DNA from: Octopus vulgaris
Lineage: Eukaryota
Direction of reading: 5' to 3'
Assembly (NCBI GenBank): GCA_951406725.2
Contig: OX597824.1
Span: 32,322,001 to 32,384,000 of the forward strand
DNA length: 62,000 bases
Part shown: positions 14,171 through 26,391 of the stretch, piece after piece
Layout: every line of letters begins with the position of its first letter
Numbering within the stretch: the first letter of the stretch is position 1
The notes under the pieces: generated by a model
The model's database searches: none
Seen by the model: the letters and a program-made list of their open reading frames with translations, nothing else
Told to the model about the DNA's origin: nothing
Made by a program: the position numbers and the translations under genes

Positions 14171-14287
14171 ACTAAAAAATTAAAAAATGAAATATTTTTT
14201 ACATAATTTCATATTTCAAATTGGGACTTTGTAAAAATTATCTAAAATTTTTTATTCCAAGATATATTGAGGTTAGAAGTGACTTAC

Positions 14288-14336
14288 CAATTCCCCCTCC
14301 TGCCCTGAGGCCAGTATGTAAATGATAGACAAAACA
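14288..14336 (-). CDS. RyR: RyR exon, pore helix/filter: CFVYHLHTGLRAGGGI(G)
   Basis: 49 nt, phase 0-1, donor gtaagt. Confidence 0.97.
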
Positions 14337-14586
14337 CTGAAAAAAGAAAATAAATTTATAATAAAGAGATTGTTTGAAGAGAAATAAAATAACTGGGGTT
14401 AACAGTTTAGTAAGGAAAACTAGAATATTTTACGTGCTACATTCAATGATTGCTTTTACATTCAGTTTTCTTGTATATCGGATATTTATACAGTTGTAGA
14501 GAAATAAATCTCTTAGATTTTACCCCTAATAAGAAATTGTAAGAATTTCACCATAGGTAATAAAAAAAAAATTACATTATATATTT

Positions 14587-15000
14587 ATCATCATCATCGT
14601 TTAACGTCCGCTTTCCATGCTAGCATGGGTTGGATGATTTGACTGAGGGCTGGCGAACCAGATGGATGCACCAGGCTCCATTCTTGATCTGGCAGAGTTT
14701 CTACAGCTGGATGCCCTTCCTAATGCCAACCACTCCGCAAGTGTAGTGGGTGCTTTTATATGCTACTGGCAGGGGAGCCAGTCAGATGGTACTAGCAACG
14801 ACCTCACTCAAATGCTTTTACACGTGCCACCAGCACAAGTGCCATTAAGGCGACGCTGGTAATGATCACGCTCGAATGGTACCTTTTATCTGCCACCGGC
14901 ACGGAAGCCAGTTAGCTGCTCTGGCAATGATCATGCTCAGATGGTGCTCTTCGCACCCTACTAGCACAGGGTCCAAGTGCCAGTATAAAGACAGTATTGT
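14587..15000 (-). mobile_element. Repeat family C with (GAT)n RTE-like tail and internal gtgccaccggcac subrepeats (also ~37335-37680, 44036-44450, 55916-56300; + copies ~25930-26140, 29100-29280)
   Basis: Shared catcatcgtttaacgtccgctttccatgctagcatgggttgga..ggatgcccttcctaatgccaacc. Confidence 0.75.
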
Positions 15001-15263
15001 ATCTTTTAAGGGCAGTGAAAAATAAATAAGAGATGTTGTTGAGAGTAAATCCAGATGACATTTCATTCATGTGAACTCTTCATATTCTCTCATATTCCTT
15101 GATTTTAAATTCAAATTTCTGATCCTGCCTCATATTGTTAACCCAACAATACTAATGAGGGACAAACTTCTGGCATAGTGTGGGGAAATTGGCTTGCAGC
15201 TACTTGAATAAAAGAGGTATAGTATGAACAAATATAAAACCAAAATCAAAAGAAAATACATAC

Positions 15264-15395
15264 TGTAGCCATGTCATGGCATTTGTAATCAACTTGACCA
15301 TCCTCTTCTTTGACATAGAACTTCCTGAAGAAGTTAAAGGCTATGACTGTGTAGATATATACAACAATACTTGTCAACATCACAGTAAGCACCAA
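15264..15395 (-). CDS. RyR: RyR exon, S5: [44 protein letters not shown]
   Basis: 132 nt, phase 0-0. Confidence 0.98.
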
Positions 15396-15618
15396 CTGCA
15401 AAAGGAGACAAATAAGCATCATCAGAAATTTTCAACTTCCCAAACAAAATGAAATTTTATCACAAATATTTTGTGAAAGAGAGAATGGACTAAACAGAAC
15501 AAGAGGAGACAACGAGGGATGGGGTATCACTGAGGAGGTCACAGGGTGTCTGACAAAAGATTTCAGACAAAGGACACTAAAATAAGAATAATAATAAAGC
15601 TGAAGTGAAGAACATGTA

Positions 15619-16183
15619 TTGGGTTGTCTGGAGTGTTCGTGCCGATTTATAGTAGCTTATATTTCGACTTATTTTAGAACATGGTTGAGTCCATAAAATA
15701 GGATCTTACTATACCTCCATTTAGAGCACAGTTTAAGCTATCTTTTAGTGGAAGAAGGTTTATGTTCTTATAACCTGTGTTAATTCTGTAACCCTTTAAA
15801 ATGGAAGATAAGAAAGTTCATTTTCAGCACTTGATGCTTTAGGAACCAGACAAAAATTGCTGCAGCTTGGCTGTGATGTGTTATCCCACCCTCCATGTTC
15901 ACCAGATATTGTTCCATTGGATTTCCACTTATTCAGGTCTCTGCAGAATAGTCTTAATGATAAAAATTTCAATTCCTTGGATGACGTAAAAAGATACCTT
16001 GATGAATTCTTTGCCATGAAACCACCTCAATTCTGAGAAGAGGGTATTTTCAAGTTAAAGGAAAGATGGAGATGCATTGTGCAACAAAATTGTTCATATT
16101 TGGTTGATTAAAAATGTAATGGCAAGTATTTATTGACCTTTTTCTTTCCTTTAAAATCAGCACAAACTTTCCGGACAACCCAA
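15619..16183 (+). mobile_element. Second copy of the 565-bp mariner derivative, opposite orientation
   Basis: Same TIRs, TA flanks, length and junction; in-frame stop in the transposase remnant. Confidence 0.9.
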
Positions 16184-17588
16184 TATATTGTGTGTGTGTT
16201 TAATTGACAAGAAGTATGACCATCTCCAAATATATATGTTTTGCATTTTAATAATAATTTTCAGTCATATTTTAATTCATGTTTCATAATTTTATACCAA
16301 TTGAAACTTAGAAATTATTCAACCATCATCATTAGAAGTCTTATCAACTTTAATATAGCTATAATGTGTGCTCATGAGTTACCTTTTAGGTTTGTTGCCT
16401 GTGCCCCTATATTTCAATATAACTCATCACTGGCTTATACAGCAGACCCCAAAGTTCCACCATCATAAAAGTGTTGCCCTGTGCTGACTAGCCCCTTGCC
16501 ATCCCCAGCTAAGTAACTGTTTATCAACTGTCCAATTCAAGCTTTAAAAATACTCTTAACATTTTTTTTTTCAAGTACATTCTCAATTTAAATCCTTAAA
16601 TCCTTAAAAATGTTTTAGCCCGAAGGCTGCGGCCATGCTGGGGCACCACCGCTGTGCTGGGGCACTACTCTGTTGTCTAAATAATCTTCACTGTTTTTCT
16701 TAAGATTTTTTATACTCTTTACTCTTTTACTTGTTTCAGTCATTTGACTGTGGCCAAGCTGGAGCGCTGCCTTTAGTCGAGCAAATTAACCCCAGGACTT
16801 ATTCTTTGTAAGCCTAGTACTTATTCTATTGGTCTCTTTTGCCAAACCACTAAGTTACGGGGACGTAAACACACCAGCATCGGTTGTCAAGCGATGTTGG
16901 GGGGGACAAACACATACACACAAATACACACATACATATATATATATATATATACATATATACGACGGGCTTCTTTCAGTTTCTGTCTACCAAATCCACT
17001 CACAAGGCTTTGGTCAGCCCGAGGCTATAGCAGAAGACACTTGCCCATGGTGCCACACAGTGGGACTGAACCCGGAACCATGTGGTTGGTAAGCAAGCTA
17101 CTTATCACACAGTCACTTCTATTGATTTTATTTCATATATGAAATATCTTTCTTTTCTCAACAACTCATGAGCTTGCTTGTGATGCTGCATTGGGAAAAC
17201 ATTTTTAGAATTATTTTTGTTTCTTGTAAGATGTTGCATGAGTATGATTAGTGATAGCTAATTAACAAACTTTATTAATCCTTTCAAATATACAATATGA
17301 ACCCTTTCTTTTACTTTTTTTGCCTTTACTTGTTCAGTTGTTAGACTGTGGTCATGCTGGGGCACTGCTTTGAAGAATTTTTAGCTGAATGACTCACCCC
17401 CAGTGTGTATTTTGCTTTTAAAGTCTGGGACTTATTCTTATTCTATCAGTCACATTTTTCTGAACTGCTAAGTTACAGGGATGTAAACACACCAACACCA
17501 GTTGTCAAGTGGTGCTGGGGGACAAACACAGACACAAAGATGCACAAGCACATATGCACACACACACACACACACACGCACACACACA

Positions 17589-17637
<49 letters not shown>

Positions 17638-18250
17638 GCGCACGCGTGCACACACACACACCACGAAACATGTGGTTGGGAAGCATGCTTCTTACTACAC
17701 AGCCATGCCTCTTCCTTTCTTTCACTTCAATACTGAGTTGTTTTGAAAAATGCAAACTTAAATCATAAAATACATTATCGTGCAACTAACTTCCACTCCC
17801 TAAAATTACTAGTTATGCACCAAAATTTAAAACTATTATTATTATTACTATTATCTTCATACAATTTATTGAGACATCACTATCAGATCTGTAAGAAAGG
17901 CACAGATGATAACATGCTGAATAGTAATTAATTTCATTGATTAATGATTGAATTAAAATCCTGCCAGTCAGCTTTGACATTGCAAGAAATATTTATTATA
18001 ATCAGGTCAATTGATTACAGCTGTTTTAACACGTCATCTGTGTGTTGTGTGTGTGTGTGTGTAGCTACAAATTATATTTTGCAATAGAAATTTATACAGA
18101 TTTGAGGTCATCAACTGATTGGGTTTCACTAAAATCTGAGTAATGGGGTGGGCAGAAATGACAACAACTAAATTTTTCATTTAGTATATAGAATTTAGGT
18201 CAACAATAATTTGCCATAAGAATTTCCATTTAGTAAAAAGTTCCATTTAC

Positions 18251-18397
18251 CTGTTTTCCATTGTGTGTAACGGATTGCAAAATAGTTCTCAAAGTTTTGA
18301 ATCCAATAGCAACATCAATTAGATGAGCAGCAAAGAAGAAGTGGTTAAAATTGCCCAGCACAGAGAAGGTGAAATACCACAGAATGTACAGGAATGA
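18251..18397 (-). CDS. RyR: RyR exon, S3-S4-linker: [49 protein letters not shown]
   Basis: 147 nt, phase 0-0. Confidence 0.98.
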
Positions 18398-19559
18398 CTA
18401 GAGGAAGACAAAAATAGAATGATTTATAAGTTAATAAGCTTTTATACTGTATGAAAAGAATTACATTTTCCATGTAATTTCTTAAAATAAATGAAGAAAA
18501 AAAAAAAGAGACTATTTAAATTACCTGGAGAGGAAAGAAAAAGAGATCAGTCAGAGAATGTTTGCAGAAGTTGGAATGAAAAATAATGACAAAGGACATA
18601 ATTCCAAGAATGATAATCCTGGTTTAGTTTTAAATGTTGTTAGAGTAAATAATCTATTTCTGATTTACAATATAATTCTTTATTCAAAAAATATTAAAAT
18701 GCATTCTGGAGGGAATGTACAGAATATATAGGTTTTAAAATTTCATTTTATATAATTTTTCCTTTCTTCCATTGTTTCAGCCACTGGTCATTTCCCAGAG
18801 CACAGATATCCATGAAAGATAAGGTGACAAACTTAACATCCTTTTACATCTCATGGCATGCTTTAATACAGCAGAAATAAAATTTAAGTTGTTCATGAAG
18901 AATTAGTCATGTAGGAAAATCTTAAACCTAGCCATGTCCCACTCCAAAATGGGAAGAAGAAATAAAAAAACTTTTAATCATATGCGGAAAAATTCACATA
19001 CTTTCAAACTGACATTTCCCTTTAAAGATGAAAAACTCCAACCAATCACCATCACTCAAATTTACTTTAAATTTATTCTACAGCTTCTCTATTAGGAATG
19101 GATTTGGACTACTTCCTTTAACAATATTTAAAACTAAACCTAGAAGTTACATTTATATATTTGTTTTGCAACATTCTTGATGTGAAATCGTGTGTTGAAA
19201 CAGATGTTGTATTTAGGAATGGCCATATTGCCAGTTTAGCCAATAAAAATAAATGCACTATATATTTGGCCGAAATAAGATTAAGATTAATGTAAAAAAT
19301 AAATAAAGCTGAAGCAAATTAACACCAAATATATAGTGCATGTGTTTTTATTGGCTAAACTGGCAACATAACCATTCCTAAACCTAGAAGATTGTTCACA
19401 AAACATATATCCACGTTTTCTCACTTATTCATTTCCATTTTTGGTATATCTATAATGTTTGACTTCTTCTTCTTTCCTTCTTACTCCTCCCTCTACCAAT
19501 GATTTAAATTTCCAATGTAATTAAAATATTTTTTTCTCCCTAACATTGATTTTCATCAT

Positions 19560-19950
19560 TTTGGATGGAAGCACTCTGTCGGTTATGATGACGAGGGTTC
19601 CGGTTGATCCGATCAACGGAACAGCCTGCTGGTGAAATTAACGAGTAAGTGGCTGAGCACTTCACAGACATATGTACCCTTAACGTAGTTCTCGGGGATA
19701 TTCAGCGTGACACAGAGAGTGTCAAGGCCGGCCCTTTGAAATACAGGTACAACAGAAATAGGAAGTAAGAGTGAGAGAAAGTTGTGGTGAAAGAGTACAG
19801 CAGGGATCACCACCATCCCTGCCGGAGCCTCGTGGAGCTTTAGGTGTTTTCACTCAATAAACACTCACAACACCCGATCCGAGAATCGAAACCGCGATCC
19901 TATGACCGCGAGTCCGTTGCCCTAACCACTGGGCCATTGCGTCTCCACAC
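19560..19950 (-). mobile_element. tRNA-derived SINE family E (composite copy ~32428-32910)
   Basis: Head gcaatggcccagtggttagggc..gatcgcggtttcgattc. Confidence 0.75.
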
Positions 19951-20541
19951 TTTCATCATTTTACTCCTCACCACAGTAAAAAGGCTCACTTTATTCTTAG
20001 ACTGATATCAATCTAGAACTTTTTTTTTGTCTATAATTTCTGTTTTAGCAGCCATTTCAAAAGTTACATCAACATTTTACTCATTTGTTTCAGAGAAGAC
20101 AAATTTTTCAAGTTTCAATTCCATAAAACTTACATGACATAGAAAATTAAAATAAAACAATTAAGAGAAAGCCCGTTTCTCTTTAACCCTTTAAATTGTG
20201 ACTAAAGTTTGGTGGGAGATTTTAATTCAAAACTTATGAAATAAGACATTTGTACTCAGAGCCAGAGCCAGTTTCAGCCGGGTTGGTAATGAAAAGGTTA
20301 AGAAGTAAAAGAAAAAGAAAATAACGAATGTGGTAACAATTGGAGTATGTGTTATAGAAATGTTTAACACATACATTTGTATGTCTTATAGACATGTTTC
20401 CAGTTTGATGTTACAAAAATAGCATATATATAAAAAACAAACTCAGACCACAGAAGCATTTTGCTGACTTTCAAATTTACTTATTTACTAGAAAGGAAAT
20501 AAATTTCCCACAAAACAGAAAAAAGGCTTCTTTCAACTTAC

Positions 20542-20602
20542 ATTATCAGTAAAAATGACACCCCATTTCCAAAGTTGATATTGCCAATCCATATTTGAGA
20601 GA
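20542..20602 (-). CDS. RyR: RyR exon: LSNMDWQYQLWKWGVIFTDN
   Basis: 61 nt, phase 2-0, donor gtaagt. Confidence 0.95.
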
Positions 20603-21018
20603 CTGAGAAAAGATAAAATAACAGACAAACAATCAAGTAAAACTGATGGGTCAATAAAGTTGTGTAAAGTTTCCAATTTAATTAGTTTAATTGTTACTTT
20701 TACTATATCTTTATCATCATCATTTGAAAATGACTGTCTTAATGCCCTGGACTCATAGAGCCAGTTATCTGGTTTCCATGGTGTTTAAGTGACCAAGATC
20801 ACATCATTCCCTCTGAATAAGATGCTAGCCTCTAGCAGGTTTACTCATTAAAGCTCAGCAGACTGAAGCAAGGCATGATGAAATGCTTTGCTCAAGAACA
20901 CAATGCATCACCTTGTCTAGGAATCAAAATCATAATCTTGAAATTGTGAGGGCAAAAACCTAACCACTAGGCCACAGGCCTTTACCTTTTACCACACAAA
21001 AAAAAAAAAAATAATAAA

Positions 21019-21265
21019 TATGCCCTTTCAAAGCCTAGCCAGACTCATAGGCCCGGTTTCCCGGTTTCAATGGCGTATGTGTTCCCCAGCTGGATGGGAC
21101 ACCAGTCCATCGCAGCATTGCTCATTTTTGCCAGCTGAGTGGACTGGAGCAATGTGAAATGAAGTGTTTTGCTCAAGAACACAACGCGTCGCCCGGTCCA
21201 GGAATCGAAATTGCAATCTTACGATCATGATGCTGACACCCTAACCACTAAGCCACGCGCCTCCA
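21019..21265 (-). mobile_element. tRNA-derived SINE family G (also ~20730-20990, 36520-36725, 41860-42130, 59740-60005; + copy ~8295-8480)
   Basis: Head ggaggcgcgtggcttagtggttaggg, body cttgagcaaaacacttcatttcacattgctccagtccactc. Confidence 0.75.
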
Positions 21266-21416
21266 CTTTTACTACAAAAGTAAAATTATTTGAATATTTT
21301 ATACAAAGCAGCAGTGAGCTATTGGGAGATGTTGAAGGCATTCCACTAGCTGCTATGAACATAATTTTGTGACAATGACTTAAGAGATATAAAAACCAAG
21401 AAAAGTGAGTACTTAC

Positions 21417-21538
21417 AAAGCTGGCAGCATTCCAGTATGCTCTACTGTATCTTCTATGGTTATTGAATCTCCTTTCTTCATACCTAGCAGATTACTGATG
21501 CTTTCATAATCATACTGTTCAGCATATCGTAGTCTGAC
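21417..21538 (-). CDS. RyR: RyR exon: VRLRYAEQYDYESISNLLGMKKGDSITIEDTVEHTGMLPA(F)
   Basis: 122 nt, phase 0-2, donor gtaagt. Confidence 0.93.
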
Positions 21539-21724
21539 CTACAACAGTAACACATTCATCAAGGTAAATACATGTGCATTTCAAAAAATTAACAATGGAA
21601 GTGCTTACACACAATACGGAAAATGCCTTCCAAAAGGTTTGTATTTTTTTCAGATTATTTTTTATTATTAATAATTTTCATCTGTGACAGTATCAAGTAT
21701 TTTTTGCAAAAACTTTTAAAATAA

Positions 21725-22110
21725 TCTATTATATAAAATCCGTTCTGTGTGTGTGTGTGTGTGTGTCTTCTAGGATCTTGCGCATCCTCCATCAGATTGC
21801 ACTCAAATTTGATATGTAGATACCGACGGTATTATGGGGTGTATAAGTCTTGAAAAAATTACAAAATCGATTCCAGGTGAGAATGTGATTGATAAAGCCG
21901 TGGGAATGTGCATTTGTATGCTCAAGTACATCAGTCGAAAACTGTCTTTTGCTGGTGTCTCAAATATAGGTTAAATCAGTGTTTCTCAAAGGGGAGGCCT
22001 ATGGGATGGTCGGACAAGTTGTTTTGAGAAAATTTGGTTTAAATGTTTGACAACTCAGCACTGTCCATTAGACGGGGGTGGGGGGGCGTTTTGCTCATAT
22101 ATTTTATATA
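21725..22110 (+). mobile_element. Helitron-like non-autonomous repeat (related copy ~33262-33610)
   Basis: tctattatataaaatc start; body ctaggatct..gattgcactcaaatttgatatgt..cgattccaggtgagaat shared with the 33.3-33.6 kb copy. Confidence 0.45.
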
Positions 22111-22879
22111 AATGTCTGTTATTGTTGGTGAGAAAGTTTACAATTGGTTTCCTGTCTATTATTGTTCTTAACAATGATAACTTACTGACTGGCCATAATC
22201 AACAACTACATCAAATATGATTGCTCAAAAGAAAAAAAGTATTTTTGAGTGTGCTTTTTTTTTTTGACTTATGAAAAACTGTCCGACTCTGTGTGTGTGT
22301 GTGTGCCTGTGTACGTATGTATGTGTGGGTCTTTTTTCTGGAAGAAAATTTTAACCTGACATTTAAGGAATATGCTTAGCATGTTTGAAAGGGTTGATTG
22401 GCAGTGTTGAGCTTTATTTTTTAATTGGTATTTTAGTGATGGGCTGGTGGGATTGTCTCTATTTTGAGTATACTGTGTAAGCATTTAGGCATTCTGCATG
22501 TGTTCTGTATTTTGTGATTCTGATATTTTTAAAATGATGGATCTCAAGTTGATAAACCAAACAAGATTGCTTCAGCTGAGCTTGATGATTGTTTTGATGA
22601 TCTTAAATAACTTTTATAATTAGTTTTACACTATGAAAAAAATGAAAACAGAATCCCAAAAGACCCTACCATGTCTGCCAAATAAAATTTAAATATTTGT
22701 TTCTATTTTTTAAACATTACTGAATTACCAAGAAAATTTTGAATTTTTTCTGAGCTGAAAATACATTCTAATCGATATTTAAGTTCAGTTAACCAGTAAA
22801 AAAGCTTAAAAAGATTTTCTATGTCTGTTTATTATTTGTTAATGACATTCTGAATTTTTCATCATAGCCTTAAACTTAC

Positions 22880-23251
22880 CTTCTTTTTGACGAATTTATC
22901 CCAGTAGCTCTGAGGGAAGGAGCCCGTACTTAAGACAAGCTTATCCCATTGAGCTTTAATATCATCTTCATCAGGTTGTTCAGCGATATACAAGCCCTCA
23001 AATTCTAGTTTACGAGCAATTTCTTTTTCTCGTTTAAAGATTACTAAAGGCACTTTGAGGCAATAATAAGCCACCAACATTGAGAAGGAGGCTATTGAAT
23101 GTAATACTGCTAACACTTCTAAAACTGGTAACAAATAGTCCACATCTTCTTCCATCATCACAACCTCTTCAGCATCATCATCGTCAGATGTTCCATTACT
23201 TCCAGTGCTTTCCTCCTCTCCTCCAACCATAGCCTGAGTTACCTTGTTCAC
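22880..23251 (-). CDS. RyR: RyR exon, S1-S2 loop, S2, S2-S3: VNKVTQ...[35 protein letters not shown]...YWDKFVKKK
   Basis: 372 nt, phase 0-0; ORF 22862-23374. Confidence 0.97.
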
Positions 23252-23333
23252 CTGAAACAATACATTTACATTTAGTGGTATAAAGATTACAATATATTTA
23301 TTGGTAACTATTTCACAAATATACATTACTACC

Positions 23334-23728
23334 TCATATATATATATAAAGCTGAAGTTGTCTGTGTGTGGCACGTTTAGTAGCCTTCAACTAACACTAT
23401 CTCCTCCGAGACCCTGTGGCGCAAGTTGACCAAAATTGAGAGTATGATAGAAGAAGGTTTACTCTTCATTCCGTAAAAGATAAAATTCAAATCGGACCAT
23501 GTTAAGACCAAAAATTATTTACATCAAAAAGGTGCTTTTTTCTATGAAAATCCCTATTTTTTTAACGATTTTTTGACTGCTGTGTCGCCATTTTTAGGTG
23601 TATTTCAACCAGAAAAATGTTCACTTAAAGAGAATAACAAGCTACATAATGCAAAAGTTTTACTTTTCAAAAATTCCAATTCTAAAGGGTTGAAACAAAC
23701 CCGAGCAACGCCGGGCGATACTGCTAGT
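23334..23728 (+). mobile_element. Non-autonomous Helitron
   Basis: 5' TC(AT)n-ataaagc start, subterminal hairpin cccg-agcaacgc-cggg (23700-23715), CTAGT end. Confidence 0.6.
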
Positions 23729-23999
23729 ATATATGCAATCACCATATTTCATTCCATAACAGCTACCTCTGATGAGTGCAAGGCTACATAATTGGATTTC
23801 TATCTAACACTGTTGAATCCCTAGCACAAAATCGATTGGTAAGACATTTATTCCAGCTTGCTAACGATTCTGCCAGCTTGCTGCCCTACTTTGATGAATA
23901 GTTATTGATAACAGCAATGTTAAAAAGTGAGATAAATAGTCAAAAAATTGTTAATTATAGGCAATGTTAATGATGGATTAAAAATAGCAATGTGCATAC

Positions 24000-24086
24000 C
24001 TTGTAAAAGAGTAATATAAAGTTGATGAAGAAAGCAAGAGCCAAGGCCACGTATTTGAAATTATAAAAGTTTCTTGCAAAATAACT
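24000..24086 (-). CDS. RyR: RyR exon, S1: [29 protein letters not shown]
   Basis: 87 nt, phase 0-0; conserved [14 protein letters not shown]. Confidence 0.97.
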
Positions 24087-24405
24087 CTGCAAAGATAAGA
24101 GAAACAGTTTATTAATGGTAGGAATGTTTAATTTCTGTTATGTCTGCTAATTTCGAAACTTTATCAAATTTGTATCAAGAATTAAAGAAAATGAAAATAT
24201 TCTTCCGTTTTGTTGTGTTTTAGGAAGATCTGAAGCAAATAATGAACCAATTGACAAATAAATAATAATAAAAAAAAAGTGAAACAGAACTAGTGTGTAT
24301 TTATTATTGGCCTAACAAATTTCCCAAGATACAACAAAATCTGTTTCAACACATGTTCACACCAATAATCTCACAAGCTAACTACAAGGATGAATAATTC
24401 TTCTT

Positions 24406-24436
<31 letters not shown>

Positions 24437-24448
24437 TTATCATTATTA

Positions 24449-24482
<34 letters not shown>

Positions 24483-24949
24483 ACTGGTGGCGTGGAGAGG
24501 GGAGGTTGGTATGCATGGGCGACTGCTGGTCTTCCATAAACAACCTTGCCCGGACTTGTGTCTAGGAGGGTAACTTTCTAGGTGCAATCCCATGGTCATT
24601 CATGACCGAAGGGGGTCTTTATTATTATTATTATTAGCAGAGTCTAATGAAATTTCAGTTAAAATATGTGTTGCATGTTTTAATGTTTCCTCGATGATCA
24701 CAGGAAATAGCCAAGTGTTTAAGAAATTCACTCCATAACCATGAGGTCTTGTGTTCAGACTCAGTGCATGGCATCAAGGACAAGTAGATTCTGTCAATGT
24801 CTTAGATTGACCCACAGCTTGACAGTGAAATGAAGTTGATAGAAACAGTGTGGAAGTTTCAGTGAATGGACCATACCACTAATTTACTGAAGTAACCTTG
24901 TCAGAAAACAGAACCAGACTGAATCTGTCTGAAGATTATACTGAGCATA

Positions 24950-24987
<38 letters not shown>

Positions 24988-25207
24988 TCTTTTATTCCTT
25001 TACTCTTTTATTTGTTGCAGTCATTTGACTGCAGCCATGCTGGAGCACTGCTCAAACAAATTGACCCTAGGACTTATTCTGTGTAAGCCTAGTACTTATT
25101 CTGTTTGTGTCTTTTGTCAAACCACTAAGTTGCAGGGACGTAAATACACCAACATTGGTTGTCAAGCAGGGGTGGGAGGACAAACATAGACACACAAGCA
25201 TATACAA

Positions 25208-25270
<63 letters not shown>

Positions 25271-25439
25271 CATATATATATATGACGGGCTTCTTTCAGT
25301 TTCTGTCTACCAAATCCACAAGGCCTTGATCAGCCCGAGGCTATAGTAGAAAACACTTGCCCAAAGTGTCATGCAGTAGGCCTGAGCCCAGAACCATGTG
25401 GTTGGTAAGCAAGCTGCTTACTACACAGCCACTCCTGTG

Positions 25440-25516
<77 letters not shown>

Positions 25517-25709
25517 CAGTTGTAGTAACCAACTAAGGTATAAAATATCCGTGTATACAATAAGTATCCGTTACCTGTGTTATTCCCGGGCAATGGTATG
25601 CAGGGACACCATATACATCAAGCACAGGTGACAAAAGGATAAACAAAAGTTTATCAAGAGTCAATGCAAATAATTACAAAATGGAGAGTCATTAGACTCT
25701 ACTCAGGAA

Positions 25710-25890
25710 TAAAGAAGAAGAAGAAGAAGAAGAAGGAGAAGGAGAAGAAGAAGGAGAAGGAAGAAGAAGAAGAAGAAGAAGAAGAAGAAGAAGAAGAAGA
25801 AGAAGAAGAAGAAGAAGAAGAAGAAGAAGAAGAAGAAGAAGAAGAAGAAGAAGAAGAAGAAGAAGAAGAAGAAGATGTAGAAGAAGCTGG
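25710..25890. repeat. Long (GAA)n tract with GGA interruptions
   Basis: Roughly 55 triplets. Confidence 0.95.
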
Positions 25891-26204
25891 TATGCTGGTA
25901 CCACATAAAATGATCCCATGCTGGCACCACATATAAAGCTCCTGTGTTGGTGCCACATAAAAAGCATCCGCTACACTCTGCATAGTGGTTTGTATTAGGA
26001 AGGGCATCCAGCTATATAAACCATGCCAAAACAGACAATTGGAGTCCATTGTAGCTCTTTGGCTTGCCAGCTCCTGTCAAACTGTCCAAATCATGCCAGC
26101 ATGGAAAAACAGATGTTAAATGATGATGTGGATGATGATGATGTTCTAACAATTCTGCCAGATTACAACCTTCAATATTGCAAAAAAATATTATTGATAA
26201 TTAC

Positions 26205-26331
26205 CAGGATATATTTTCCATAATCAAATGCTTTGGTTTCATAAGGTACTTCTTCCTCTCCTGCAACAATACCCTCTTCACCTTCGAGCTCTTCTCCCTT
26301 GCCGCTATCGGTCGTTGGAGTGCCATTAGTT
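26205..26331 (-). CDS. RyR: RyR exon: TNGTPTTDSGKGEELEGEEGIVAGEEEVPYETKAFDYGKYIL
   Basis: 127 nt, phase 2-0; acidic segment before the pre-S1 helix. Confidence 0.9.
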
Positions 26332-26391
26332 CTGTAAAAACAATAACAGTAAAGTTTTAGATTAATACTATTTATGAAAATCACTGTTTAT

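Noticed and set aside
18781-18823. Plus-strand exon-like segment (ttgtttcag..aag|gtgac)
   Set aside because: 43 nt, no partner exons or homology; expected by chance in AT-rich DNA
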